Source of the DNA: Klebsormidium nitens
Lineage: Eukaryota; Plantae; Klebsormidiophyceae
DNA: 64,000 nt
NCBI GenBank assembly: GCA_000708835.1
Contig: DF236968.1
Coordinates: 310,001 to 374,000, forward strand
Reading direction: 5' to 3'
Shown here piece after piece: positions 9,501 to 21,900 of the stretch. A program made the translations under genes and the position numbers. Below the pieces are notes generated by a model. The model saw only the letters and a list, made by a program, of their open reading frames with translations, did no database searches and was not told the origin of the DNA. Numbering within the stretch: position 1 is the stretch's first letter; each line of letters begins with the position of its first letter.

Positions 9501-10925
9501 CAGTCGAAGCGCGAATCTGAGCTGAGTGTCGCTTGATCGTGTGGCCGGGAGGATCGCCTCCGTAAAGGAAGTCGCGCGAGCGCACGCTCGTTCGCTAGCC
9601 GACGCGTACCTTTCAATTGCAGGGAATACTGGCTGCTAATCATGCTGTTCACCAGAATTTGAGGTTATTCGGTAACTCAACGGACATTAACCCGTTCCAA
9701 TGCTGGTTACCACTGCCCACGTCTGGTTGTTGGACACATAACTACTTTTCAACCAGCCCATAAGCGGACCAGAACCGTCTGTGGTTAAAAGACAGGACTT
9801 CCTGTGAAGCCGCGGGCATGGCCAGCTTCTTTTACCCGAAGAAAGAGACGGACAAAAGCAGAATGGACCACAACGGCATGCGTTGGCAAGGGATTCCGGA
9901 AGCCGTTGATCCACTCGAAAATTGATAAACGGGGTACTCATGAAGTGACGTGACTAGGGCGACTTATAGTACCCGCATCCTGGTTGATAAGGTCCGCGCT
10001 CGCATTAGTTTGTTGCGAAAAGCCAGAAATGGGGATCCGCCTTTCCGGATCAGTGGAGGAGAGCGCAGTATGAATGCATCTGACGAAAAAGAATCAGGAC
10101 CTACATAGGCGTGCACTTACAAATAGGTTTCAGAGCACTTAAAATCAGCAGTTACAAGATGAAGCTAACCAGATCGAACCATAGTCCATTGGCGAGACTC
10201 AAGAAAGTGCTACGAACATGGCCTGGGCCTACCTCTTCAGCTATCCAAACGAAACGTACTTAAGCCCACCGTGATAAAGAACTTCTTTCAGACCTTGCGA
10301 AAAACGTTCGTTCACACAGCTGCCTCGACTTTGCAGACTGCCCCAATGCACCATCTTTCATTCTTCAGAAACACTTCAGAATCCTCCCAACAAGAGTAAA
10401 GGCCTACAAGTCAATCATCTCAGCAAATCATACAACCTTATTTTGGCCATCAAGGGTCTTCAAAGCAGCACTTCCTCTATAAGAACATCAACATTGTCTG
10501 TATCAGAGACGTCGTTGATCAAAACACGAAACCAAGTGCACTTACTCGTCATCTGCCTCGTTTCCCTCTTCTTCTTCTTCTTCCACGTCAGCGCTATCGT
10601 CATCAGCTTCCTCCCAGCTGTGCGACGGGCTCTCTGCATCGTCCCCCCAGCGAACTTTCCAGACATCAGGCCCCTCTTTCATTGCGGCATTCATAAGCCG
10701 GGTAGTTCCATTTAGAATCTTCTGAATTCCAACAATGGAATGCTCCCGTTTGCTCATCGTGACCCAGGTTATCCGGTAGAGGGCGCCATGGAAATAGAGC
10801 GAGTACGCAGCCCAGAATGACCAGAATAGAAAGAGAAAGATGAGGCAGTACCGGCGGTTGAACGCTGGTGAGCGGAAGCCAGGGCGGTTCTTCGGAGAGT
10901 CCATCTTGAGGGGTGTGCGCGCCAA
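6519..10925 (-). CDS. Type II membrane PAPS-dependent sulfotransferase-like protein (carbohydrate sulfotransferase / HS2ST-like, Sulfotransfer_2 type)
   Basis: Exons 10925-10546 (Met, single TM CLIFLFLFWSFWAAYSLYF, acidic stem), 8617-8357 (FLLRIQKAASST, 5'-PSB-like), 7879-~7501/7457 (ISGHFSYG; TTLRHPVSRVVSWW, 3'-PB-like), ~6983-6519 (ALRNLRNFALVFLAE...LNSWDAMLYEKA). The first three junctions are phase-consistent. The last acceptor is unresolved. Confidence 0.8.
7347..7417. repeat. Dispersed ~70-nt intronic element, copy 1 (copy 2 at 49815-49885, inverted)
   Basis: GACGGGTGGGGTTAGTTTGGGGGTTTAAGGTGGGTACGGGTGCGGAGCGGGTCATTTTGTGGGTTAGG aligns by eye with the reverse complement of 49815-49885 (GACGGGTAGGGTTAGTTTGGAAGTTAGGGTGGGTATGGGTGCGGAGCAGGCAGGTTTGTGGGTTTAAG). 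Confidence 0.8.
8555..9248. repeat. Tandem duplication spanning a sulfotransferase splice acceptor, with an insertion in the second copy
   Basis: 8555-8619 is repeated at 8786-8850, and ~8652-8790 is repeated at ~9126-9248. About 270 nt of unrelated sequence separates the two parts of copy 2. Confidence 0.85.
8860..9125. mobile_element. Possible non-autonomous foldback/MITE-like insertion
   Basis: It interrupts a duplicated unit and contains a perfect 12-bp inverted repeat, CCAGATCCGAAC (9048-9059) / GTTCGGATCTGG (9069-9080), extendable with one mismatch, plus several related CCGAAC/GTTCGG words. Terminal inverted repeats and target-site duplication were not identified. Confidence 0.35.
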
Positions 10926-11009
10926 GTGAACGGAGAGCAGATAGGATAAGGACCTAATTCAAAGTTGTCCGCCAAAGACCTCAAATTCGAGATCTACAGG
11001 CTTGTTGTT

Positions 11010-11145
11010 GAAACTGCTGGTCACGTCAAGCGGCAGAGCAAGATACGATTTCCAGTAACAATAAGGAGAAGCTTGCTTTGGAAACTGCTGGTCACATCAA
11101 GCGGCGAAGCAAGATGGAATATCCAGTAAACGATAAGGAGAAGGG
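11010..11145. repeat. Two ~61-nt tandem direct repeats upstream of the sulfotransferase ATG (probable 5'UTR intron)
   Basis: GAAACTGCTGGTCACGTCAAGCGGCAGAGCAAGATACGATTTCCAGTAACAATAAGGAGAAG followed by GAAACTGCTGGTCACATCAAGCGGCGAAGCAAGATGGAATATCCAGTAAACGATAAGGAGAAG. Confidence 0.85.
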
Positions 11146-12185
11146 ACAAAAGACGCTTTAATACCGGCCGTCTGCAACAGCTGGTGACGTCACGTGCTCC
11201 GAGGTTTTCACCCCTGGTAAGATTGCGCCAGCAAAGGCAAACAGAAAACGTTCGTGAAGACCAACGGGGCTCAACAGAGGCACTAATCCCTTGCTTCTCC
11301 GACCGAGAGAAATCAAGCACGTAACCGCTAAGCTCTGCCACTGCCAATGGGTTCTTTATATGAGTCTAGTCTGCCTTGTCAGAAAACGAGACGCGACTCA
11401 GAAGCTACCTCCCAAGAGCTTCGACGTGACAGAAATGGTCAGCAAACTGACAGTAAATGAGTGTCGCCATGATTAGGTTGGCACGCAAGGGCCAATACAT
11501 CGGTTGCGAATGACGACCATCCTGCGCACGAGTAGATCATCAATCGACGACTGTGATTTAAAACTGGAGACTACATTAGTTGATCACAAGTGGTCACATC
11601 GGGACGCCCACTCAAGTACCCTCTCCTAACTAGAAGAGGGAGGCGCCTGATTCATGTTTAAGGAGTTTCCACGGGCACAGGCAAACGAAGGCAGAAACTC
11701 ATGCGGCCCCGCGGGTGGTGTGAGTTCGGGTCAGGTCAGAATAGGGGTTACCGTTACTGTGATTAGACCGCTTTCGGACCAAGCTAAGACATGCCAGATG
11801 CACGGACCAATCCTCTTGTCCAGACTTTGTCCAATAGGAAAGAAGTCCGAGCTGGACAATTGAGCCGTCTCATGGACATAGTCCAAATTCTGTTTAGTGA
11901 GTATCCAAACCCCTACACGGATCTCCAGCATTTCGTGACTTCGCCTAAGGGTCCATGTCTAGACTCTGTCTACAAAGTGCCTGACGATATTCAAAGCCTG
12001 TTGAATAATACCCCAACTGCCTCTGAACAGCCTTCTGACACACATCGGACAAGTGCTAATTAATCTCTTACAGTGTGCAAATGTAAACCTCGCTCGACTG
12101 CGTCTGATATGTACACCAATGCAATTGACAATGAGAGTACAGTTTTCTTCTCTTTTACAAGCTACATTGGCACGTTTGATCGACT

Positions 12186-14170
12186 TCAAACGTTTGGAGG
12201 GGACGGAATTTCGGGAGCGCCTAGTTCTGGTGAAAGCCTTGGTTGGAAGTGCTGCAAGTGGAGCATCAAACGAAAGATCAAATGCCGGCGGTAATCTATT
12301 CTCATTGCGCGAAGTCCTTTCTTTCGTCTGGATTTCCACATGCGAGCCGGTTTGGCAGGCATATAATCACTCATTTGTTCCGTTACAAAATTTCCTCGTT
12401 ATGGCGGCCTCTCTACGGATTCATGCACTTTTCAAACCTCTAAAGCAATGTTAATCAAGCATTTAGCTCCGTTGACAAGCTGTCATAAACGGATCTTCGA
12501 TCTTCCATCAAGTATTCAAGTTTACCCAACTTCTTTTTTTTCAAATTTTGACAACCGGACTCGCGAAACGGATTTCGCGCTTTCTCATAAAGCGAGGCAA
12601 GCACGACCCTTCTGCAAGCCATTCAAACCCCACCGAAGCTTTTCGAGAGAATTTGGGATAGAGAAGGGTGTCCAGTAATGTCCTGATATTGCGTGCGCGC
12701 AGCTCGCGGGTTTCCTTTCCGCTGATCGGAACTCCTAGTACCTCGTTTGGGCTGATACTATTCAACGGGGGAGTGTTAGACCACATGCCACCTTTGCGGG
12801 TCTACACCGAACCGCCCCCAGATACCTCTCTGAATTCGGTGAATGAATCTCGTTGAGACCAGAAGTTGCAACAACATGCATCCAGCGGACGTCTAATATG
12901 AGGGTAAGATTCCTAGTTGCATTTTCTACAATACTGTGAATCCAAGGGGCGTACGGAACAGACCGTCTAAGAGCCTAGAAAATGCGCCGTACTTGAATCA
13001 GGGACGCTTACCGAAGCCAGTGACGTCAGGAGGGATCCCCTGGCCAGGTCTGCCATCGTCAGGATCGCCTCCGCCAGCCGGGGATGCTCGCGGGCCTTGT
13101 GAACCTGGACGGCGACCATCTCGTGGCTGCGGAGGAAGGGGGACCAGTCGGCGGCGTCGGCTCCTACAGGGCCCGAGCGACAAACGACTTTGCACCGAGT
13201 AGAAAGAGAGGAAATGACGAAGAAACAGGGGGCAGAGCAACAAGGAGGGAAGAGAATCGTTGATGGCTGTTGTAAACACTTGGCGGCGTCGGCTCGTTCA
13301 GGGCCCGAGCGAAGGAGAGGTGATGATGCAGTGAGTTGTGACAAAGTTGACGGGAAGCGATGGGAGAGAAGGAGCGAAGATAAGGGGGAAAATGCAGTAT
13401 CAAGGTAGAAGGAATGGAGAAGCGAGCGCGACGGAGGGAGAGGAAAGCGATGGCAGCGAGGTGGGAGGGGAAAGACTGAATTCATGTCAGAAGGTGAGTC
13501 ATACGGGTGAAGTATTGTGCACTGGCCACGAGTTGTATTTTGATGAAAATTTGCAAAACAAGATATGTCAGTCAATAACTTCTGGTCAGGATAGTTGCAT
13601 CTTTTTCTCGTCCACCAAAGCAGATGGGTCACGCATTCAAGCGAGAGGTAATCTGCTTCGATTGTCGGGAGTGCCTTATCCCTATCGAAACCATTTCAAA
13701 CTGCCATGAAACTGAGTTTCCCCAACAAAAGGCCGCGAATCTTGTGGGTTTTCTGGAAAACCCATCTTCCGGAAGGAAGAAACCAAGGGAGATCCGAACA
13801 TGCACATGAACGGTCAACGTTCAAACCAGAAAAGAGGTCTAGGTGACCAAGCAGAAACCGTTCTCACTAAAACATTCGAAAGCCATGCATGTCGCCCTAC
13901 ATTCAGGAACGCACCCAGCTTGGATATCATCCTTTTAGAGAGATCAAAAGTCCTCTTGTCTTCTCAACTTTTACAAGGACATGCGTTACCTTCTTCTTTC
14001 CTCAGAGCGCAGCAAAGCAATTTCCGGGGGGTCCAAGCAGGAGCAACGGCGGCCCCCCCATCGCCACGGAGAGGGCTGACGTCATACTTGCGAACTTGGA
14101 GGTATGCGGTGAGGAAGAGGCAGCCGCCAAAAAGCAAGACCGTGAGCGTTCTTATCTCAACTTCCAGCAT
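12186..14170 (-). CDS. Uncharacterised small type II membrane protein (~190 aa)
   Basis: Phase-consistent exons 14170-13990 (Met + TM LTVLLFGGCLFLTAYL), 13163-13012, 12801-12634 and probably 12251-12186 (last exon less sure). Canonical AG/GT at each junction. No family motif recognised. Confidence 0.6.
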
Positions 14171-15925
14171 TGTGACGGACAGAGAGGATCTGGCTGATGA
14201 AGACGGGCTACGATCTGGATGTGCAGAAGCACACTTCAGTCAAGGAACTGATTGAACGAGGAACAAAGAACAAAGGAGGTTTTCCTCCCAGCCTCATCTT
14301 ACAATCGCCATGCGGTGATGAGAATCCGTCTCGTCTGGAACTCAATTTTTCTCAAGATTGGCTGACCTTTGATGTGCGGCTGCACTGTAGGGAACCTATC
14401 TTTTCCGCAACCTCACGAAATCAAGCGAGGCGCTTTTTCTCAAGTTTATCGACAGCTTTCGCCGAAAAGGTCCTACTAACCAGAGGCGCATGCAAAGGCC
14501 TTTCGCATTCTTTCGCCATTCAATAGCCTGATCTATAAAGCTGGGCAGCATATAAGTTGAAACAAAGGCAACGGGGGCTCGAGGAAATGCTCCAAAACTT
14601 TCAGAAAGGGGACCTACTAGGCTTGTCACGTCAAAGAGTGGGAGTCAGAACGATTCTTAAGAAAGGGACCACCTCGCGGTGTGATCTCGTCACCGGCTTT
14701 CGCCTGACGTCATCAGAAGTCCCTTAGGCAGTCACGTCAGTCCACGACATCATAAGTGCCGGACTGTGGAAGATCAGAAAACGGCTTCTGGCGTTCCACC
14801 AAGAACCAGACTGCTTTTCCAGCTTTTTGAGAGACACTGCAGCTCAGGTTCGTCCTGGCCCGAGTTTTATCGTGCAATCAAGAATTAACTTAACCTCGTC
14901 TGCGGTTATCGCAGAAGGGTCGTCGTGGGTTGCACTCGTCAGGCAGTATCTCATTTATTGTGGGAGGCGAGCTGGTCGTAATTGTACCAGCGAAAAATAT
15001 ATTCAAGTCTGGGGACCGAAGAATTGCACGAGAACGCAGGGGAATCCGCACGAAAGCCTGACGGGCCGCTGACGTATGGACTGGTAGAGAGCCCAAGCTC
15101 TGGGGAAGTGCATACGTGGAAAGACAATTTCGTGTTTTCCTTCGCGGCCCCCATTTGAGGGCTGCGCCAAAATGAAACACCCATTAAAAGGGCATATTTC
15201 AGTACTACTGGCACTGCCGAGCAGCATGGGTGGTTCGAACCGAGCCGGTTGACATGAGCCTAGACTCCGTCCGTGGAACAGTTTTCGACTGCAAGAGGGC
15301 AACAAGTCATCGCAAAGTTGCAAAGTTGAGGTTGAAGTTGCAGCGCTACCAATACTATACTCAACGAAGGCCGCAGTGCTCTACCGTCAGGTCGTGAAAA
15401 CAGGAAGGAGCCGTATTCTAGGATATCGATGTTCTACAAGCTGAGGGGAGACGTTCGTCCCTCAATATTTCTCTAACTCTTCTGGAAAGCTTTCTTATCA
15501 GTGCAAAAGGGCCGGTGCAAAGGAACAAAGTCGCGGGGTCCGGACGTCTTCAAAATGTGCGGAGCTGACTTTTAATCTGTTTTGGCCAATTTGCTTGACA
15601 GCAGGAATTGCTCTACCCAAAGCCACTTGATGGCTCGAGCTCGCTCAAACCACACTAGTACTACCTAGCTATGAGTCTCCTGCACATACCTCGTCAAAGG
15701 GATCCCTCCGGCTCGACGGTTTCCCAAACATGCGAGTCGTAAATTAAGCGCGGCCGGCAGCGGCGGTTCGGCAATACGCGTCGAAACTGTGACCCCGCAG
15801 GTTCGCGTAGAGGTAGTCGACGTCGGAAGCGTAAACGCCAACCCTGTTTACTGCACTGAAACTTGCAACTGAGGCCGGAACAGCCAAGATACTCGATCAA
15901 TAGATCCCCTGTAGATTGAAGCTAG

Positions 15926-18900
15926 ATGGAGGATGAGAGCATTGGAGACCAGCTGGATGAGGCGTCAGGTTGGCTTGAAGACGGTGACTGCAAAGCCGAT
16001 GAACAAGGCCAGTGGATCTACAGGAAAGATGCCGCTTCGGCTTCTCCGAGTTTGCAGATCAAGTATGCTTTCAAGATGCATGCAAACCTGCCGACGCATC
16101 AAGTTTCTGAAAGATGCTTCCACATAGTGAATAAGAGTCGGCCAGATGTCGGCAGAATGTAGCATGCGCCGCGCCGACTGACATCTAGAAAAGACTTGAA
16201 GTTGAGGAGGTATGGCAGATACTGAAATCCCCTTTCAACGCCCTGATTCTTCTTCAAGTGTACTGTCAAAAGCCATCAAGCTCCAAACCCTAATTTCGGA
16301 ACCCTAATCTGAGCTGGCAGCTTTACCACCAGGGACGCCTTCCATGGGCCCCTTTACATGGCTCAGTCTCCCTCTGCCGCTCTCTCAGGCATTGCTTCTG
16401 CTGCAGCCACCCTCGTTGGCCGCAGCATTGCCCTTTCAAATCACACTGATACTCAGCAGCTTTCTCCTCGAGGTGGAATTGTCAGAACCCTGATTTCAAG
16501 CCAAAGGCTTGACATAAGCTCTAGCAGTCTTACCACAAGCTCCCGCAATCCTATCATAGGTGCAAGCATCCAAAGCTTGCCTTGTCTTCAGGCTGACATT
16601 GCAAGTTGGGGGGCGAGCGAGACTGGGGCTCTCTGTGAGGTTCTGTACCAGTGCAAGGAAGCAGAACGGCGACTGAGTCTCTCAGAGGAGAGCGTGATCA
16701 CTGAGAGGAGCCGAATCGGTTCCATAGCAATTGCCGACAGTCTAGAAAGAGCACGTTCTATTCCATCTCAACCAAAAGGGGCCATTTTTGGTCACAGCGC
16801 CCAGCCACAAATGGGCTCTCCACCAGGCATCAAGGGTTTGGAGACTGAGAGAAGGCACTCAGGCGGGTCTCAAGCATTCTCACAACCTAGACGAACGCCA
16901 GATGCTTCCAGCGCAGCCGCTTCTTTACAGCAGCGCCTGTCCGCAGGACATCCAAATGTTTCACGGCCCTCACAGCAAGGGGGGGCTGCAGTAGGTTCGG
17001 ATCAGATGCAAGGGGGGGTGGAAAAACGCCGTTCCAGCTCCGAGGCAGTCCTCAGAGTGCTGCGACAGTGTCAGGAGCTAGAAGAGGACCTTGCAGCTAG
17101 GAACTGGACGCAAGGGGGGGGCGAGAGTGGCCGTTCACAAACGGGGGTGTCAGAGGGGGAGTTTGAAAGAAACAGGGGGGGCAGGATGAGTGGAGGAGGT
17201 GGGGGGGGCCGGGGTGGCATTGCAACTTTCCAGAGGGCGGGGCAGGACGAGAGCGAATGGAATGCTGGTAAGACGAGCTTCCCTTAGCGACGGTGCGCAT
17301 TCCCCTTCCCAGAGCTGTTTGTGACGCACATGTTCCATTGTCTGGTAATCCAGCTCAGCATCGGGGCTCACTGATAGGGGTGATCCCCTGGTTTGTTGGT
17401 CTTTTGTTTCTCAGTCCGTACTTAGCTTCCCAGCTTTGGGGCAAGTTATTCCTGAGAATAGGGCCTTCTTCTCCAAAGGTGCGCACCAATTAAGCAAAGT
17501 TCTTGATTATCCTTTACATTCATGAGATTCAAACTATGAAAGGTGACCGCCAATGAAAGCACGTCTTCTTGCCCCCCTTATCTGCTTTTGCACTTTCAGT
17601 CAGTCCTCCACCCAGATGCTGCCGTTCAAGACCAAAGCCTTCTCTCAACGTTCTTGTTGACTGCGACCATATTGCCTGCCCTTCCAGACCCCTATCAATC
17701 CATAAGGAGCTTCAGAAGCTTTACGGCGAAAACTCCCGCGGTGTTGCTCAAAAAGGACAAGCCCTTTGCTTACTTAGAGAAGCTGAAGTTGCACAATGCT
17801 GCAATTGCTGCAGCCCCCCTGCTTGTTTCAGTGGAAGAGGCCCAACCTTAAATGCTAGGAGCTATCTCTTTGTATTCTCCCTTGACGCCGGGTTTATTTA
17901 CCAGCTTTCTGACCAGTGCTTCAGCTTCTTTTCCAGCGGTCGTTGTCATCTTTCTTCTCTGCGGTCCTTGGCTTTCCGCACTTACACACAGATACCGTGT
18001 TGAGTGATCGTAGTATTCACTGTTGGCAGTTGGTAATACTTTGTTTTCAGCTCCTAGCTCCTCTCAAAAACAACCGTGCACTTCAAGAAGAAAGCTCTGC
18101 TCACACCCTTGCAGGTGAACCGCCGGGGTCTAGGCCTCATTCCGAGCGCTCCTTCTTCATGCGCGAACGGCACTCCAAGCACACGTTGTCATCAATGGGA
18201 CCGAGCGACTCCCACCCCCAGTCGTTGTCTGCAATACGGGAGACTAGTGAAGACGTACAAAACAGTGTCCGACATTCGGACAGCCGCTTCAGAAATCAGA
18301 GCGAAAGTGTGCATCCGCGGACGTCCGGCAATGACGGGGCTGCGGAGAGAGACGGCCGCAGACAGCCGAGCTGGTTCGAAGAGGAGTCAGGAGGCCCAAG
18401 AAGGGCGTCCGAAAGAGCGTCCGCAGGGCCCGAAAGAACGTCCGCAAAACGAGGAATAACGTCCGCAAGTAACTCGGTTGTAGAGGATGCAAAGCCGAGC
18501 TGGCTCGAAGAAGAGGAAGGGATGTCAGAGGCGCCGGAAAGGGCGTCCGAAAGAGCGTCCGCAGGGGCAGAAAGAACGTCAGAGCGGATCATAGCTACGG
18601 AGGAGAAAGAGCACAGGCAGTTGAGCTGGCTCGAGGGCAGAGAAGCGGCGTCCGAAGGGCAGGGGAGGCCGTCCAAAGGAGCGTCCGCAGGCTCGGGAAG
18701 AGCGTCCGCAGGGTCAGAAAGATTGTCCTCAAGGAAGTCGGTCTCCGAGGAGAAAGAGCACCGGGAGCTGAGCTGGCTGGATGACGAAGAAGGGGCGGTT
18801 GAAGGGCAGAGGAGGCCGTCCGAACGAGCGTCCGAAAGAGCGTCTAAACTAGTGTCCGGACGGGCGCCCAAAAGAAGTTCCCATGTAGAGACAGAGCACA

Positions 18901-21900
18901 GGAGGCAGAGCTGGCTGGGGGAGGAAGACTGGGCGCCCGGAACGGCTTCTCTAGCGTCCGAAAAGGCGTCCGAAAAAGCGTCCGCAAGAGTGTCTGGAAA
19001 GTCGTCCGGAAGGAAGTCCGAGGAAGAAACAGAGCACAGGAGGCAGAGCTGGCTGGCGGAGGCAGGCTGGGCGCCCGGAGCGGCTTCCCGAGCGTCCGAA
19101 ATAGCGTCCGTAGAAGCGACGAACGAAGCGTCCGCTAGAGCGTCTGCTGGGGACTGTTTCAGAAGCCGGTCAGGATCTCGAAACACCGTGGAGCGACTCC
19201 GGTTTGCTGGCGCTGAAAGTGGGGAAGAACTACCAGATCAACCTCGATCCAAGAAGCAGCAGTCAACCGATGCTCGATCAACGAGAGTTCACGAAAACCG
19301 GACATCTCAGGGCGCCAACACAAGTGGTCGGACGTCTGCGAAAAGCGCAGAGCGGCAGAGTGGGAATGAGCACCTCGAAGAAGAGCCGGGGGGGAGACAG
19401 GGGGGTGGCGCGCGCGCGTTTGAAGACGGAGTCGAAGTGTTGCGGCTTGTGGAAGGGGAGCCTTCGTGGACGAGCGCGGAGCCTTCCGGGTTTCTCGGGC
19501 GGGGGGAGGTGGAGCGGCCGAGCGGAAGCTCTAGAGGTGCGTCTGGTGGGGTAACGGCAAATGTGCCCGAGGACTTTGGCGAGGTCGCCAATAAGAGGGG
19601 GGTAGAGGAACCGGTAACGGAGAAGCGAGACAGGCCGGAACGCGGACCGGAACCCGATGCAGGGGAAACGGAAGACCGGAAGAGCAGTTTTGGGGGGTCG
19701 ACAATAAGGGCATTTTTTGATGAGGACACGTGGCACGACCGCACTGGTCCTCCTAGCGTGCGCGAGTCTGGGGGCAGATCCGCAGCTAACAGCCGACCGG
19801 CGTCCCGACTTTCTGAAGCTGGATCGTTCCAATCCGCTCGGGCGTCCGAACGGAACGAAACGGAAACCGGATTGGCTGTGCCGAGAGCGTCTCGAAATAC
19901 AGTCAGCGCAGCACGTGAGTCTGCGAGTCGCACCTTCGAGTTCCCGACGAGGGGATCATTTTCAAAGAACCCTGGAGCGAAAGGGTCACGGTCGCGGTTC
20001 GCTTCGGCGGAGAGAGGGGCGGAACGGAACGTTGCAGCGGAAAGGCCGGCGAGCATGCGGACGAGTCTGAGCGGGCGGAATGGTCCCAACGGAAGAGATA
20101 GCCCTGTGAACGTTCCGGAAGGAAAAATTCTCGATGGAAGGAACAGTACGGGTGGGCGTAACAATCTGGAAGGAAGGAGCAGTACGGGTGGACGGAACAG
20201 CATGGGCGGAAAAGCGAGTGCGGACGGACGGAAATCTTTGGAGGGGCGGAACGATCAGAACGGACGGAACAGTCCTGACGGACGGGACGATTTGGATGGA
20301 GGGGAAAACCTGGACGGCTGGAAGTACCCGGTGGAACAGGAAGTGCGGGGCAGCCTGAGCGGACAGACCGCTTCGGAGAGGCGGAACGAGCGGAACGGAT
20401 CGCGTGCTGCAACAAATTCGTACTCCGAGAAGCGGGCTACGAGCGCAGGTGTGCCTGCACCTGCCACGAGAGAGCGCCACGTGGCAGGGCGAGCGCCGCC
20501 AGACCGTGCGCGAGCGAGCGGCGTGCAGTCTGGAAAGGGGGCAGACTTTGATTGCTCGAATAACGACCACCCAGGACAGAGGGCTTCGGAAGACGTTCCC
20601 CAAAACAGCGCGCGAGTGCAGGTTTCGGAGAGAGGGCAAAGCAGATCGGGGCAGAGAGTCGAGATGCAAAATACGGATGGAGAGAAGTGGGCAGATAAGC
20701 GAGTGACGGGAGTACCGCAGAGAAGCACAGTGCGGGTAAACATGGGCGAGAAATATCAGAAAGGCGCCCACGTGATTCGAATCAACGGCTGGGAAGCAAC
20801 AGCGGATCGCGAAAACCGTTCCCGAAACGCACCGAGCGATTGTTACTTTCACAAGGAGCGCATTGAGGGCCGTTCTCAAGATGAAGAGAGGGACTTCGAC
20901 GAAATGTCGTCGGAGGATGGCCGTTCCGAGTACGACACTGGCAGCTGGCGAGCTCCGATTGGTCGGGAAGGTGTTCATGGGGAGCAATCGGGGTGGGGTT
21001 CCGCGACACGTGGCTTGGTGCGTACCGCTCGGTTGAAGCACCCGGGGGCCGAGATAACGGAGAAACAGCGGTACGAAAAGGAAATGGAGGCGCTGAGCGA
21101 ACTGGTCAGAGAGTATGAAGCGAACGCGGTTCAGAAGCACAGACGCGGTATAGGGTCGGGCGCGAGGAGGGGCCAGTTCTTACTGGAGCCGGACACCGGT
21201 TCTACTTTGCTGGGCACTCCGGTCTCGGAGCTCTCCCTCGACCTGCCCACTCCGCCGGAGCTCCGGAAGAAGCGGGAAGCTCTAGGTGGGCTCCCTGGAA
21301 AGCAGACCGGGGGCCAGCCCGGGAAGGGCGCGGGAAGTTTAAAGAAGTCTCTTGCGCAAACGCGGCAAGCGGCGAAAGAGGCGATAAAATCGGTGCGCGC
21401 GGTCTACTGCGCGAGCGGCTGCGCGACGCAGCAGGTGCGCGAGGGAGAGCGCGTGTGGAAGCAGCAGCTGGTGAGAATACGCGCCTGGACGGTGGCAACA
21501 CACCCTGTCTGCTCGTGTCTTGACTTGCGGGAAGCGGCAGGGTTTGGCAGAATCCCAAGACTTGAGTCCTTGATTGTCTGGAATTGTTGTCTTGACGGTT
21601 TTGCGCACTCAAATTACCAACCGACGGAACGTGTTTTTCTGACCAACGAAAATCAAGAATCTCGACGCCCGTTCCTTCAATAACAAAATCAAGCACTTCC
21701 TTTCTTCAGCTTCACGAGAACATACCAAAGAAAGCACTGCTTACTGAGGGGCCTTCATCCGCCTCATTGAGTGGCCAGGTCTGATGTTCGATGTTTCTCG
21801 CGAATTCCAGTTACCCGACCTTCGCTTACCCAACCTACTAGTTTCCGCTGTGCTCCAAACGTCAAGATTCTCCGACTGGATCCTGATCATACTCGCCTTG

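Noticed and set aside
9600-9941. Candidate extra exon(s) in the first sulfotransferase intron
   Set aside because: The flanking exons already join in phase (GA|G), and the candidate AG/GT pairs give phase conflicts or stops.
11791-12454. Plus-strand ORFs of 90 and 133 aa that look somewhat protein-like
   Set aside because: I found no recognisable motif or consistent splice chain, and they overlap the likely 3' end of the minus-strand orphan gene. They cannot be excluded without transcripts.
15225-15250. GGTTCGAACC, a B-box/T-loop-like word
   Set aside because: There is no upstream A-box or pairing stems.
18296-21140. Long minus-strand ORFs (296, 298 and 384 aa)
   Set aside because: They are antisense shadows of the GC-rich repetitive giant exon and have no independent motifs or splice logic.
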